64,000 bases of DNA from contig NC_092356.1 of NCBI RefSeq assembly GCF_963676685.1, positions 72,602,001 through 72,666,000 of the forward strand. Reading direction: 5' to 3'. The notes under the pieces were generated by a model. It saw only the letters and a list, made by a program, of their open reading frames with translations, searched no databases and had not been told where the DNA came from. The stretch comes from Mytilus edulis. Taxonomy: Eukaryota. The translations under genes and the position numbers were made by a program. Position 1 is the stretch's first letter, and the number at the start of each line of letters is the position of its first letter. Shown here one piece after another: positions 51,101-64,000 of the stretch.

Positions 51101-54100
51101 AAACGATATGACTTCATAACTTTAAAACAAATAGCCAATTGTTTACCAGAATACAAATTGAAGTCAGAACGAAAGCTATAATTAGTAGTTATTGCTATAA
51201 TTGTTTTAGAACTGCTATATCATCTGTTAAGACATTTCTGTAGAGTCTTGAATAGCAGGTTAGTCGTTTCGTCTTTTACCGGGTCATTCTGACTGAGTCA
51301 GAATTCGCTTGTGGGAGGTGCATGTTAACTAGAAAACGCTTGTTGTGTCGTTGCATCCAGTCTCTTTTTGTTTGGTGGTTATATGAATCCCTTGATTTTT
51401 TGTTATCTTGATTTAAGATTTTAAATAAAGGCAACAGTACTAGTAGTATACCGATGTTCAAAACTCATAAATCGATAGAAAAAAAACCAAATCCGGGTCA
51501 CAAACCAAAACCGAGGGAAACGCATTTAATATAAAAGGAGAATGACGACACAACATTGACATATTGTAAACTCATGTCGCCTGTTTTTAAAACGTTCACG
51601 GTCGCATGTGCTAGTGCGGATATGTATGTACATAATTAAAAGTAGCTGAAACATTAAAGCATAAAGTTCAATTAGGAAAACTCGTAAAATCCTTTGTTAT
51701 TTCTTTTTCGGTAATGAAAATTAAGCAAACAAATTAAAGGCAACCCTAAATAACTCAATTGTGGCAATAAATGGTGACATAAGAAACTGTTAATTAATTA
51801 ATTATAAGTATTCAATTAACAAAAGATATTAATTGGATATTGATAAAAGAATGATTCCGACAATCAGTAAAACTGACATATTGATATACTGCAGATGATG
51901 ATAACATAGCAAAGATTTCTTAAGTCAGAAAGTGATATAACCTCGACATATAATAATAATTAAATGTAAGAAAAAAGGTTGGAAGGAAAGTACTTCAAAA
52001 TATATATAACTACAATTGATAAAAGCATCAATCATGTAGCAATATCAATAAAAAAGGAAAAGATTATTTTTTTAAACATAGCTTCTCAATTTTATATTCT
52101 TTTTACTGCAAATAAAATGTGTTTCTTGAGAAAAAAAACTTCACTTATGACTAATTCTGTAATAGTGTTTGTCAGAGGCTGCAGTACCATTGAACATTGT
52201 TTTACCTTTTATGTCTGTCAGTTTAACTTAGCCATTGCTGTCAATATATATGATATAGTGAAATAGTATGCGGATTTCATGCAAGTTAGCTGTTAAGCTA
52301 GCTTTAAAACTAGATGTAATCCACCATTTTTTACATATGGAAATGTCTGTACCAAGTTGTTTCTCATTCGTTTGATGTATTTGAGATCTTGATTTTTACA
52401 TTTTTAAAGAACTTTCACATATAAATTGGAGTACGTTTTTTTTTTGTTATTTTACTTTTTTATATATAATTATGGAAATATTTACGAAAAGTGACGAAAA
52501 TTCATTGTTGGGATCAGTTCTTATCTCCAAGAGACTAGAAATAATCTCTGTAATACTATCTAGATCAGTTATCAAAAATATGTAGCACAGTGCCTGTCAG
52601 AAGGTGTTCTACATTGGAACACCGTTTGTTGATTTTAAGTATTGGCCAGATATACCAATAGGGTAAAGATCATATGTGCTGATTCCATAGGCTATAACTA
52701 TCCCTCTTGAACTTGATATAGATTTATATTTTCACCGAATACAAATAAGAACCAGTAATAAAACATTCTAAAGAAATCCACTATATGTTTACATAGCATT
52801 ATGTACTTACTCCAGCGACGTTGAAAAATGATTAAATGTGCATCAGACAAAAATCAATACATGAATTCAAAACATTATATCAATCAATCATGCAAACATT
52901 TTAAAAGGTAAAATTATCCGATATCTGTAGCAAATACATTGTATATAGGAAACCGCAATACGCCCAATTGTATAGTTTTCTCAAATGAAAATGATACCAG
53001 ATATGTTGATGAATTATTATTTCAAATGCATATTGAAAGCAGGTACATTGAAAAATAACAAAACCCGAACCTTACCGTTGGTCGAACTTGTAAAAATCGG
53101 TAATTCCACGCTTTTGAATGCAATTCGAAATTTCGATTCGATTAAGTTGTCAAATGAAACCAATGACATGACATGTCATTTTTCTGATTTCAAATTCACA
53201 AGATGTTTAAGATATGAATCTACAGCGATTCCTGTTCCTGTATATAAAAACTGTGTTCAAAGTTAAAACCATAAACAATTAAGCAAATTAGTTGAAATGT
53301 TTTAGATTAAAGCAAACATGTACTATTATAAAGGTTTAAACATATAATATATAATCTTGGAAAACAAAATGAGTAAACAAAAGAAATAGTTAAATTATAT
53401 ACGAAATTGAACTTCATAAATGAATTTGAATTTAATTAGAGGCATCGCCATAATCTGCAAGGATACTTAATTGAAGTTGTAGATTAGGTGAATTGTGAAC
53501 AGCAAATAAAATCTCAAAAATACTCAACTCCGAAGAAAATTCAAAATGCAAAGTCCTTGATCAAATGTAAAAATCAAATGATTGAGCCTGCTTTTATAGC
53601 GCTAAACATCTCACTTATAAGACAGTCGCATAAAAGAATATAATATATTGACAACGATGCCAAGGTACAATATAGTTAATTAACGTGTTAAAAAAAAAGA
53701 TGATATGCATTATTTTTGGGATGGTTCTCTCAGACATATCTTCAACACTAAAGGGGGAAATATAAACAAATTAAAACAGAGTAAAACACAACATGCATTT
53801 TTATCTTCATAAAACATTAGTGTCAAAGAACCTAGTACAGTGGGAATCGACCATTTATATTCTACAAAGAGATAAACAACATTGATGTCGAAATAATTGT
53901 AATTTACCCAACAGCTTGCTCAAATTAAAATACTGTTTTGTCGCAAATAAAGTATGAATTGAAAAGGCAACAGTCATTTATTAACCAATAACGGCCAGTT
54001 TAAACGGTTTTAATGTGTTACTAAGGAACCATATAAAGTAGCAAATAGACATTAACTAATAACTATTGCCAATTTGTAACCATACACATGCCTTCAGTCA

Positions 54101-55294
54101 ATAACTTATATAATTTACCATGTTTGTATTGTTTTATGACAATTATCAATGGAATACTCGTGACGACGAACCACAAAAAGAATTTCAGGAAACAGATGAC
54201 GTGTGTATATATAATTAACATTTAAAACAGATATAAAAGCAAACATTTATGTCTGATATGCTTTGGAAATGATGGGTAAAACATAAAACTATATAAATAG
54301 AAAACATTGACCTAGACTAGTAACAAACAAACTGACAAACAAGTGGTCAGTTAAGCGACCTATAAAAACAGGTTCAATCCATCATTTTTTGGAAACAAGA
54401 TTGATGTCAAATGAATGATAATGTTGTCAAAACCCCGAGCCCAAAGTTCACTCGCAGTTCTAACGATGGAGTTGGTGTTACTAAATCTCAACTTTTCTGT
54501 GTCGTATTGTTTATTAAATGTTCATTTTTCGTCTTATGGCTTTCGTTTGTTCTATTTTTTTCCATTTTTGTATCTGCTATCGTTCGAAATTGCTGATTGA
54601 GGCGAGAAAGCACTGACACATTGAAATGAAAGCTGTTTGTTTCGAGCACCTGCTGTGTACGATAAGATAATTATTTCTAGACAAACGAGTTAATAGAAGA
54701 AAAAATCTATTTACACCGAATGATTATTTGTTACTATTGCTTCTTTACCTTTTCATTTCTTCGACTTACTTTAGATATTGCCGTTTCTGGCTACATTTGT
54801 TGTGATAAATAGCTCTGACTTAAATCGGACAGAAGGAACCTAATCAACGAGTAGACTGATTGATGAAAAGTCTGTGAAAATAAACGACATTTTAGCAAAT
54901 AAAATGAGATGAACCTTATGCTGTCTACATAATCATGATAACATTTACTTTGAACACATAGTTTACGTTTAGGTATAACCAATAGAAATAGAGATTAGAA
55001 GAGTTATTCCATGACTGAATTTATGAGAGGTGTATCTTTATATTTATAAAAGCGTAGTACATGAGCTATTCCTTACTACAAAGATAAGGAGATGTGATAT
55101 GATTTCCAAGGTCTGTCAGAGACATTCGTTGATGCAATGTTAGCGCTGGAGACAATAATAAGTTTCCCCCCGTTGTAGTATCAGTGTGGTCAAAATACAA
55201 ACCGAAGTTATTCCTGAATGCATTAATATTTTTCTATCGAGAGTGTTACCGTTATCTTCAACCTAAGCTAACATTTGAAAATACATGTTCAACA

Positions 55295-56900
55295 CTAGTT
55301 TGTTCAGTTTAGAAGAAATGTGTCAATATTCAAATGCCCAGATACCAAACAGTTTTCCAGAATGGAATATCAACCAAAATCTTGTTTGTTTACGAGATAA
55401 TAAAGTACGGATGTACTGTTGTGATATCTTATTTACTTACACAATCTATTTACAAGAATTGTTGACATTTGCTTTCTATCTCACAAAATAAAAATCACAT
55501 GCAAATCTGGAACTATATCAATGTCAATAGTTATAAATTTAATAATGGTTCCTTCAAAGTAAAGCCTAATGCATTTCAATTAGGTATGCGCAGAATATTC
55601 TTATATCTGAAACCCATGTATTAATTCAATCTGATTTAAAGATTTGAAAGGATTATGTTGCAGACCTAGTTTACTAAAAAGAACTCAGCATTTACGTATC
55701 ATATATTCTTTATGTGTGTTTTTGTCGTTTAAAAATGTATGTATGCTTCTATCAAACAAGCTACACCGCAAAATAACTTTAAAATATATTGGAAGATGTG
55801 GAATGAGTGCCAATGAGACAACTCTCCATCAAAGTCACAATTTATAAAAGTAAACCATTATAGGTCAAATTACGGTCTTCAATACCAAACCGCAAGCTTG
55901 ATAGGACCCAAAACAAGTATGAACCACATTAACAAACGACAAATCAGATTCCTACCTAACATAGGAAAGGTGAAAACAATTGCAGCAGCTTTAAACGTTT
56001 TAATAGATATCAACCATCACCTTTATCGGAAACAATAGTGCAACACCATAGCACAGAAAGACACTATATAAAATTTCAATTGAAATGGCTTAACTCAACT
56101 CTAGTTTGTTTAGTAAAAAAGAAATGTGTCATTGTTTAAACATGTTAAATGCCCAGATACTAAACAGTTTTCCAGAACGAAATCTCAACCAAAATCTTGT
56201 TTGTTTACGAGATAATAAAGTACGGATGTACTGATATGATATCTTATTTACTTACACAATTTATTTCCAAGAATTGTTGACATTTGCTTTCTATCTCACA
56301 AAATAAAAATCATGTGCAAATCTGGAACTATATAAATGTCAATATTTTTAGATTTAATAATGGTTCCTTCAAACTAAAGCCTAATGCATTTCAATCAGGT
56401 ATAGGTAGAATATACTAATATCTGAAACCCATTTATTAATTCAATCTGATTTAAAGATTTGAAATGATTATGTTGCAAACCTAGTTTACTAAAATGAACT
56501 CAGCATTAACGTATCATATAAAATTGAAAATGGAAATGGGGAATGTGTCTAAGAGACAACATATCGACCATAGAACAGACAACAGCAGATCGTCACCAAT
56601 AGGTCTTCAATACAGCGAGACACTCATGCACCCGGAGGCGTCCTTTATCTGATCCCTTAACAAATATCTATATCTATATATATCATTTATGTGTGCTTTT
56701 GTAGTATACAGATATATGTCTGCTTCTATCACACAAGCTACACCGCAAAATATCCTACCACGGAAAATTACATTTTACTCACAAAACAACCTGTCACAGA
56801 AAAGTACATTTTACTCACAAAACAACCTACCACGGAAAAGTACATTTTACTCGCACCATTTATGTAATACACTACCGCTTAAATATTTAGAAGATGTTCA
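55295..56900. repeat. ~480-bp local tandem duplication with independent insertions
   Basis: 55295-55775 aligns with 56101-56752. A ~33-bp minisatellite lies at 56755-56855. Confidence 0.85.
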
Positions 56901-57047
56901 ATACTAATAAATGTTAATAAACAACAATAGTTTAAAAATATCAGCACGTTGAGTCCACTGATCAAACGTTTAGTAATTTTATACATTTTTTATATTTCCA
57001 AGAGACCCTGATTTACACTTTAATCGAAACTTCTAGTTGACCTTAAT

Positions 57048-57337
57048 AGATATAGGAAGATGTGGTGTGAGTCCCAATGAGATAATTCTCCATCCAAATA
57101 ACAATTTATAAAAGTAAACCATTATAGGTCAATGTACGGCCTTCAACATGAAGCCTTGACTCGCACCGAAAAATAAGCTATAAAGGGCCCCAAAATCACT
57201 AGTTTAAACCCATTCAAACAGAAAAACTAACGGTCTAATCTATATAAAAAACGAGAAACGAGAAACACGTATAAATAACATAAACAAACGACAACTACTG
57301 TACATCAGATTCCTGACTTAGGACAGGTGCATACATT
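57048..57337 (-). mobile_element. Family A-related subfamily copy, 5'-truncated
   Basis: ggaagatgtggtgtgagt.ccaatgaga..ttcctgacttaggacaggtgcatac. A sister copy lies at 55785-56098. Confidence 0.75.
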
Positions 57338-60300
57338 GTTTACTTACTAAAATATTCCACTTAACACCTTTCATTAAGAATTGCTTCACATAAGATATTG
57401 CTAAGGGATACTACTCGTATTGAAATATTAAATTGGCAGGCAATATCTTTAAGATATTTTATAATGTCAAAATAAAAATCCATCAACTATTAAACCATAA
57501 TGACATGAACGGTGGGAGGGTGGATGAGAGATAAAAATATTACAAATATAACTATCAGATGAGAGAAAAACAAAACACTTCACCAGATTGTGATTATGTT
57601 ATACTCCTGACTAAGCGGTACAAACAGTATCCTTTATTTTCAACCTTTAACATGTTTAATATATGCTTAGTAAGTCAATCAAGGTTAACAGATTCTTCTT
57701 CTAGTGCATATAAAGTGCCGGTTTTTTTTTTGAATCCATGCAATTTTAAACTTATAAAAATCATTGCTCAATTCTTTGTAAAAATACTTTTCAAAATATA
57801 AAACAACATACCTTTTATCGTTATAAAATATCAGCAGGCCATTAGTACGTAATTTAAATAAATGACTGGTAGTTAGTCGCACCTGTTCCAACCGATGCAT
57901 CTATTACAGTAATTGGACATCATTAGAAAACGCACCTGGCTATAAGTCGCAAAACCATGAAATATCCATTTATAAACAAGCTAGAACAATCTGACCAACA
58001 GACAATAATCATCTTTTACGGCTTCTGTTGTTAAATGACAAAAAAAGACAACTAATTAAGGATAGAATATGTCAACAACTCATCATTAGTAGAACTAATT
58101 TGTGCAGGATTGTTTGAAGAAGCCAATGACTTCCGAGAAAAGAACAAACTCAAAAACAGGAAAATTTATACCTTTCAGCTGCAAATACTAGAAATATAAA
58201 TCTGATGGCAAATGTGACATATTGATTAAGGAACCGTATCTTGTGTGCATTTTCTAAATCACATGACAAGAATGAAATCATCTAACCAGAAGACGGTACG
58301 TAATATATATGGAAGTACGAAATAAAAAAAATCGTCTTCTCATGATTTCTCTTAAATAGTTGAAATAAGGAGATGTGAAATGATTTCAATATAAAACAAG
58401 AAGAGCCCAAAGGTTGAAATTAATATAACTAGAAGACAATTTACGGAGTTATATAAAGATACAATATTTACAAGGTTCTTGGTAAATAAAGGCAAGATTA
58501 GTACATGTATAAAGTAAAATCACAAAAATACTGAACTCTGAGGAAATTTCGGAAAAGTTCCTCATCATATGACCAAATCAAAAGCTCAAAATCATCAAAC
58601 GAATGGATAAAAACTGTCATATTCTTGACTTGGTAAAGACAATTTCTTATGTAAAAATGTTTCACTTAGTATACCCGTGTTCAAAAGTCATAAATCGATT
58701 GAGAGAAACTAAATCTGGGTTACAACGTAAACCGAGGGAAAGTAAAATCACAAAAATACTGAAGTCCGAGGAAAATTCAAATCGTGAAGTCCCTAATGAA
58801 ATGGCAAAATCAAATGATAAAACAGATCAAACGAATGGACAACATATTCTTGACTTGGTACAGGCATTTTCAAATGTAGAAAATGATTGATGGATCCTAG
58901 TTTTATAGCGTTAAACCTCTCAATTCTTTGACAGTCGCATCAAATTCCGTTATATTTACAACGATGCGAAACACATCAACTATAAGAAAAAAACAAAGGA
59001 ACAACAGGAAATTAATATGCAACAAAAATAAACGCAAACATACATAGAAACGAACTATTTGATAACAACTGCTATATTCCTTCTTTTGAACTGAACATTT
59101 GAAAAAAAACATGGTAGGTTGGACCTGTTTTAATGGCTAGCCAAACCTACTGCTTTATGACAATGTTTAAAAAATATCGCTAAATGACAACACAAAGTTA
59201 CCGAAACACAGCACAACCACAAGCAAGAACATTCATCACAGAGAAACGCTCTGTTGACACAGCATGCAAACCGCAGAACAACAACGAATATATTCCACCA
59301 AAGACAAACACCACAGTATATTAAATACTAGTGTATTAAAATATATGTAAAAGTTTCCCTCTTCTGGTCAGTTTTTATCAGTTAAAAAAGGTTGGCCTGC
59401 CCAGTTTGGAAAATGGGGTTTCAATTAAGATTGCAGCAAGGTTTTTCAATCTAGAAAAAACAACAGTCTCTTGCAAAATATCTGAACGTTAGTGATGCCA
59501 ATAAACACTTAAACTTATCAAAGATTCAAAAATTGAGACAATAGCAAAAGTATAGGTAGTAACCAATACCTTCACTAAAATTAATTTGGGTCGTTTAATT
59601 TTATAAAACTTTGACAAAGTATTTACTTTGACCATTTGACAAAAACATAAAAATTTAAAAAAAAAATTATCCAACCAATTTATCAGAAGAATTACAATGG
59701 TTATATAGAAGTTATACAAACACTAATTATGATCATTGAGAAGCTTAATATTCCCTTTTAAAAAGAACACAACGTAATTATCACCCTGTAGTATTAGGTA
59801 CCATCTTAATTGGTTTTGACTAAGGTCATGGCAAATAATCCACTTGATTAGAATATTTTATTCTTTAAGTTATAAAAACATGTAACCCCATCTTGTTCTG
59901 TTCTTGTTCTCATATATTTGGTATACCAGTAGTGCGCATAACGTATAATGTTAACAACAACAAAAATCGTTTAACACAGTTTTCACTGTCTTGTGCTCTT
60001 CTTTGGCTTACGTGCAAGAACTTTATCTTATCAACTAATATTGAACACAAAGGGTTGATAATTACAGATATCATACTTTTTATTTCTTTAGTTTGTGAAG
60101 CAATCATTTTCTCTTCTGTTAAAATTGGAAAATTATACTAGAGATTAATCCATGTCAGTTAATAAAGCGCCAAGAAGAACGTGCATAGTTACTCAATATA
60201 GTTCATCATATCTCTGAAATAATTTAAGACGCTGTTGATTGTAATGGTTTTCAAATGTCAAATTATTTTCACTGAACGTTCCGTGTTATGAACATTTTAT

Positions 60301-61763
60301 CATTCAAATAGAATTATCTTTAATATCTCAAGACAGTTATTCTAATTAGTTATAACAAACTGTATCTGAAATTACAATCAGTGACAATTTCTTTTTGTTT
60401 GTGAAACCAAAGGTTTTGTAAAGGAAAAAAACCCACAGTAGCTGAAAATCTTTAGAAAAAATGAAAACTGACTTGACAGATTTACAGATATTTGATGTAT
60501 CGATCTAAGATCTGTGTTATATACCTATATAAGGGAGGTAACTCAAATAAATCTTTATATCACGTTTAATCAATTCCTGATCACATTTCAGTGTATTCGT
60601 AAAAGACACATACATCCACGAAGCACTGTGTAATATACATAGATAAGGGTGGTAACTCTAATTTTAACGTTAAATAAACTCCTGGACCCAACTCTATTTA
60701 TTCGTTTAAAGACAAATACATATTTGAAATGAATATTAAAGATAAAACTCAAACAATTAGTTTCTATAATGATACAACAAGCTTCTAAATTGTAACGCAT
60801 ACTAAGACCAATATCAAGTATCTAAAACAGCTGGAAATACAATTGAAACAGCAAGTTTGCTTTTTGGATCAACGATACAAAATAGTCATTTATCTAGTTT
60901 GGTGCAGAAATATATTATCAAAAGCAAACGTTTTAATCCTTGATGTTACTGCTTCATCTTCCAATAAGAACCCAAGTATTTTCAAACTATTTACATACAA
61001 ATTCATGTTTACTTCTTTGTTCTATATTGTACTTTTCATCTTGATATATTTATTTAAGGATTTGTATAGGGATATATTGATTTATTACAGAGCATGCCAG
61101 TATTTATCTTTATGTATTGTTCAATAAGTGTATCATTTACATGTACAATGTGTGCATTAGGAGACAGGTTTGTAAAAGCAAATGTGTTTGTTCTTAAATC
61201 CTTGACATGTATTTCAACTGTATTCGTTTGTTACTTAATGATTAGGCTGAATAAATATCTGTTTTCAGTTATTGGATTACATTGTAATAGCATTGAAAAT
61301 ATGCACATTAATGAAAGATATTCGAATTGTGAGTTGGTCAATGCTTCTTCACGTCAAAAGAATTGAAAAATGAGTACTTGATTTCATTTTTCAAATGACC
61401 TTTCTATTTTGGATTGGCAATAACATAGTTTCAGTGGTACTTTACATCATACGTGTAAGTTTTAAGTTGATATATCAATCTGCGTTTAACTCGGATTAAA
61501 ATCCGTAAAGAACATTTATGAAATTACCATTTAAAAAATTAAGTTACTAAAGAACCAAAACGTACAAATTATATAACTTTGAATAAAACTAGGAATGGAA
61601 ATGTGGTATATGCCGAAAAGAGACATACAACCCGACCAAAGAGCAGATAACAATCGAAAGTCACCAATGTGTCTTCAATGCTGCGAGAAAATCCCGCACC
61701 CAGAGTTGGCCCTCAGCTGGCCACTAGATAAAAACGTGTACTAGTTCAGTGAAAATGGACTTC

Positions 61764-62200
61764 CACGTCCACGTATTTTTGTCCATCCGATGAGTTAAGC
61801 CTTTTTCAACTGATTTTTATAGTTCGTTCTTATGTTGTACTGTTATACCACTGTCCCAGGTTAGGGGAGGGTTGGGAACCCGCTAACATGTTTAACCCCG
61901 CCACATTATTTATGTATGTGCCTGTCCCAAGTCAGGAACCTGTAATTCAGTGGTTGTCGTTTGTTTGTGTTACATATTTGTGTTTCGTTCATTTTTTTTT
62001 ATATAAATAAGGCCGTTAGTTTTCTCGTTTGAATTGTTTTACATTGTCTTATCGGGGCTTTTTATAGCTGACTATGCGGTATGGGCTTTGCTCATTGTTA
62101 TAGGCCGTACGGTGACCTATAGTTGTTAATGTCTGTGTCATTTTGGTCTTTTGTGGACAGTTGTCTCATTGGCAATCATACCACATCTTCTTTTTTATAT
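61764..62200 (+). mobile_element. Short interspersed repeat family A, longest copy, nested in a family B copy
   Basis: Same sequence as 2553-2940 plus a 5' extension. The flanks (..gaaaatggac | tcatactaaac..) rejoin into family B sequence on the minus strand (61588-62235). Confidence 0.85.
61848..61953 (+). ncRNA. Putative P5-type twister ribozyme (repeat family A)
   Basis: Same module as 2588-2694, with UAA-CCCC-GCC and CCUGUCCCAAGUCAGG. P5 is CAGGUU/AACCUG. One G is missing from P2'. Predicted cleavage 61893/61894. Confidence 0.62.
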
Positions 62201-62649
62201 TCATACTAAACCCAACATCATACTAAAATTAAAGTCGAAGAATTGAAGTTCATTTCGAGTCAGAGTTTACAACTAAGATGTTGCATTGTATTCATTAAAG
62301 CGTTGATTGCCTTAATTGGACTGAAAAACGCAATAGCACTTTTACATTTACCATCTTATTATATAAGATTGGTAATCTCCGTATTTTGTATTAAATCATT
62401 TGATCAAATAAGATTGCCCTACTTTAAATGTCGTAATAAACCTCCGCAATTTGTACCAAAAAATATGTTGTAATGTTATTATATTGAAGCACTAAATGTT
62501 CCATTTTTCGAAATTCCGAAAATTGACATTGTTGTTAATAAAGTTTTTAGTACAAACATTTAATTTAAATCTCATTTTTGAATTACTTTCTCAATCTCGG
62601 TTTATTTATGTTATCACACAAAATAAGAAACCAAGATTTGGAAAGTCTT

Positions 62650-64000
62650 TGCCTGTAAGGAGGTAGTTTGTCTGTCAGAAAGTAGTTTTGCTGTCAGAAA
62701 GTAATTTTGCTGTCAGAAAGTAGTTTTGCTGTCAGAAAGTATTTTCCTGTCAGAAAGTAGTTTTGCTGTCAAAAAGTATTTTCCTGTCAAGTTTGTCAGA
62801 GAGTATTTGCATGTTACCAGGAGCTTTTCATGTTAGAATTGTCAGAGATTATTTTGCATGCCTCAAAGTACTTTTAGGTCGAAGAGTACTTATCCCGTAG
62901 AAGAGTGTTTTGACTGTCCGCGAGTACTTTCGCCGTAAGATGGTAGTTTGCCTGTCGGACAGTATGTTTACTTTCATAAAGTACTATACAAGAAACTGAT
63001 AAAGCGTACCTGCCTGTCCAAGAGTACTTTTTCCATATGAGGATGTTAGGCTTTCAGAGAGTAATTTCCCCGTAAGAGACTATTTTGTCTTTCATAAAGT
63101 ATTTTTTCCGTAAGAAGGTATTTTGCCTGTTTGAGAGTACATTTTCGTAAGAGGGTATTTTGACTGTCAGCGAGTACTTTCCAAGTAAGATGGAATTTGC
63201 CTTTCAGAGAGTACTTTCCCCATAACTAGGTATTTTCCCTGTCAGAGAGTATTTCCCCGTAAAAGGGTATTTTGACTGTCAGCGAGTACTTTCCAAGTAA
63301 GATAGAATTATGCCTTTCAGAGAGTACTTTCCCCATAACTAGGTATTTTCCCTGTCAGAGAGTATTTCCCCGTAAGTGGGTATTTTGACTGTCAGCGAGT
63401 ACTTTCCAAGTAAGATTGAATTATGCCTTTCAGAGAGTACTTTCCCCATAACTAGGTATTTTCCCTGTCTGAGAGTATTTTCCCCGTAAGAGGGTATTTT
63501 GACTGTCAGCGAGTACTTTCCAAGTAAGATGGAATTATCATGCCTTTCAGAGAGTACTTTCCCCATAACTAGGTATTTTCCCTGTCAGAGAGTATTTTCC
63601 CCGTAAGAGGGTATTTTGACTGTCAGCGAGTACTTTCCAAGTAAGATGGAATTATCATGCCTTTCAGAGAGTACTTTCCCCATAACTAGGTATTTTCCCT
63701 GTCAGAGAGTATTTTCCCCGTAGGAGGGTATTTTGACTGTCAGCGAGTACTTTCCAAGTAAGATCGAATTATCATGCCTTTCAGAGAGTACTTTCCCCAT
63801 AACTAGGTATTTTCCCTGTCAGAGAGTATTTTCACAGTAAGAGTAGAAGAGTAATTTCCACGGAAGCGGGTATTTTGACTCACAGAGAGTACTTTCCACG
63901 GAAGCGGGTATTTTGACTCCCAGAGAGTACTTTCCACGGAAGCGGGTATTTTGACTCCCAGAGAGTACTTTCCACGGAAGCGGGTATTTTGACTCACAGA
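62650..64000. repeat. Satellite array with 19-bp monomers, 38-bp dimers and 112-117-bp higher-order units
   Basis: ctgtcagaaag has period 19 (62672, 62691, 62710). gactgtcagcgag recurs at 63162, 63274, 63387, 63501, 63618 and 63735. gaagcgggta has period 38 from ~63863 to the window end. Confidence 0.9.

Noticed and set aside
61781-61815. CCGAUGAG-UU..AAC near the 5' end of family A as a hammerhead
   Set aside because: The core is imperfect and no GAAA or stem III follows; at most a relic.
63339-63997. Repetitive ORFs in the terminal array
   Set aside because: By-products of satellite periodicity.

Overview
AT-rich (roughly 30% GC), repeat-dense eukaryotic non-coding DNA. The repeat families suggest a bivalve mollusc, probably a Mytilus-like mussel (inference). 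No complete protein-coding gene is supported, and the ORF track is mostly noise apart from a LINE ORF2 3' remnant. The main finding is two kinds of self-cleaving ribozyme carried by short interspersed repeats. (1) About 10 copies of a minimal type I hammerhead with a palindromic stem III, in ~300-390 bp retrozyme/Penelope-associated units; two have intact catalytic cores. (2) Four otherwise different short repeat families (called A-D here) share a central module that folds by eye into a circularly permuted (P5-type) twister ribozyme. It shows compensatory changes in P3, P4, P5 and both pseudoknots, and P1 is replaced by family-specific palindromes. The window also holds a 16.5-kb span bounded by foldback-like inverted repeats, a Mutator-like MITE (9-bp TSD), a Merlin-like MITE (8-bp TSD), a 36-bp P-element-like excision footprint, a Helentron-like composite, a tRNA-derived SINE, several minisatellites and a 19/38/114-bp hierarchical satellite at the right end. 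All structures were read manually; no covariance-model or database search was run.
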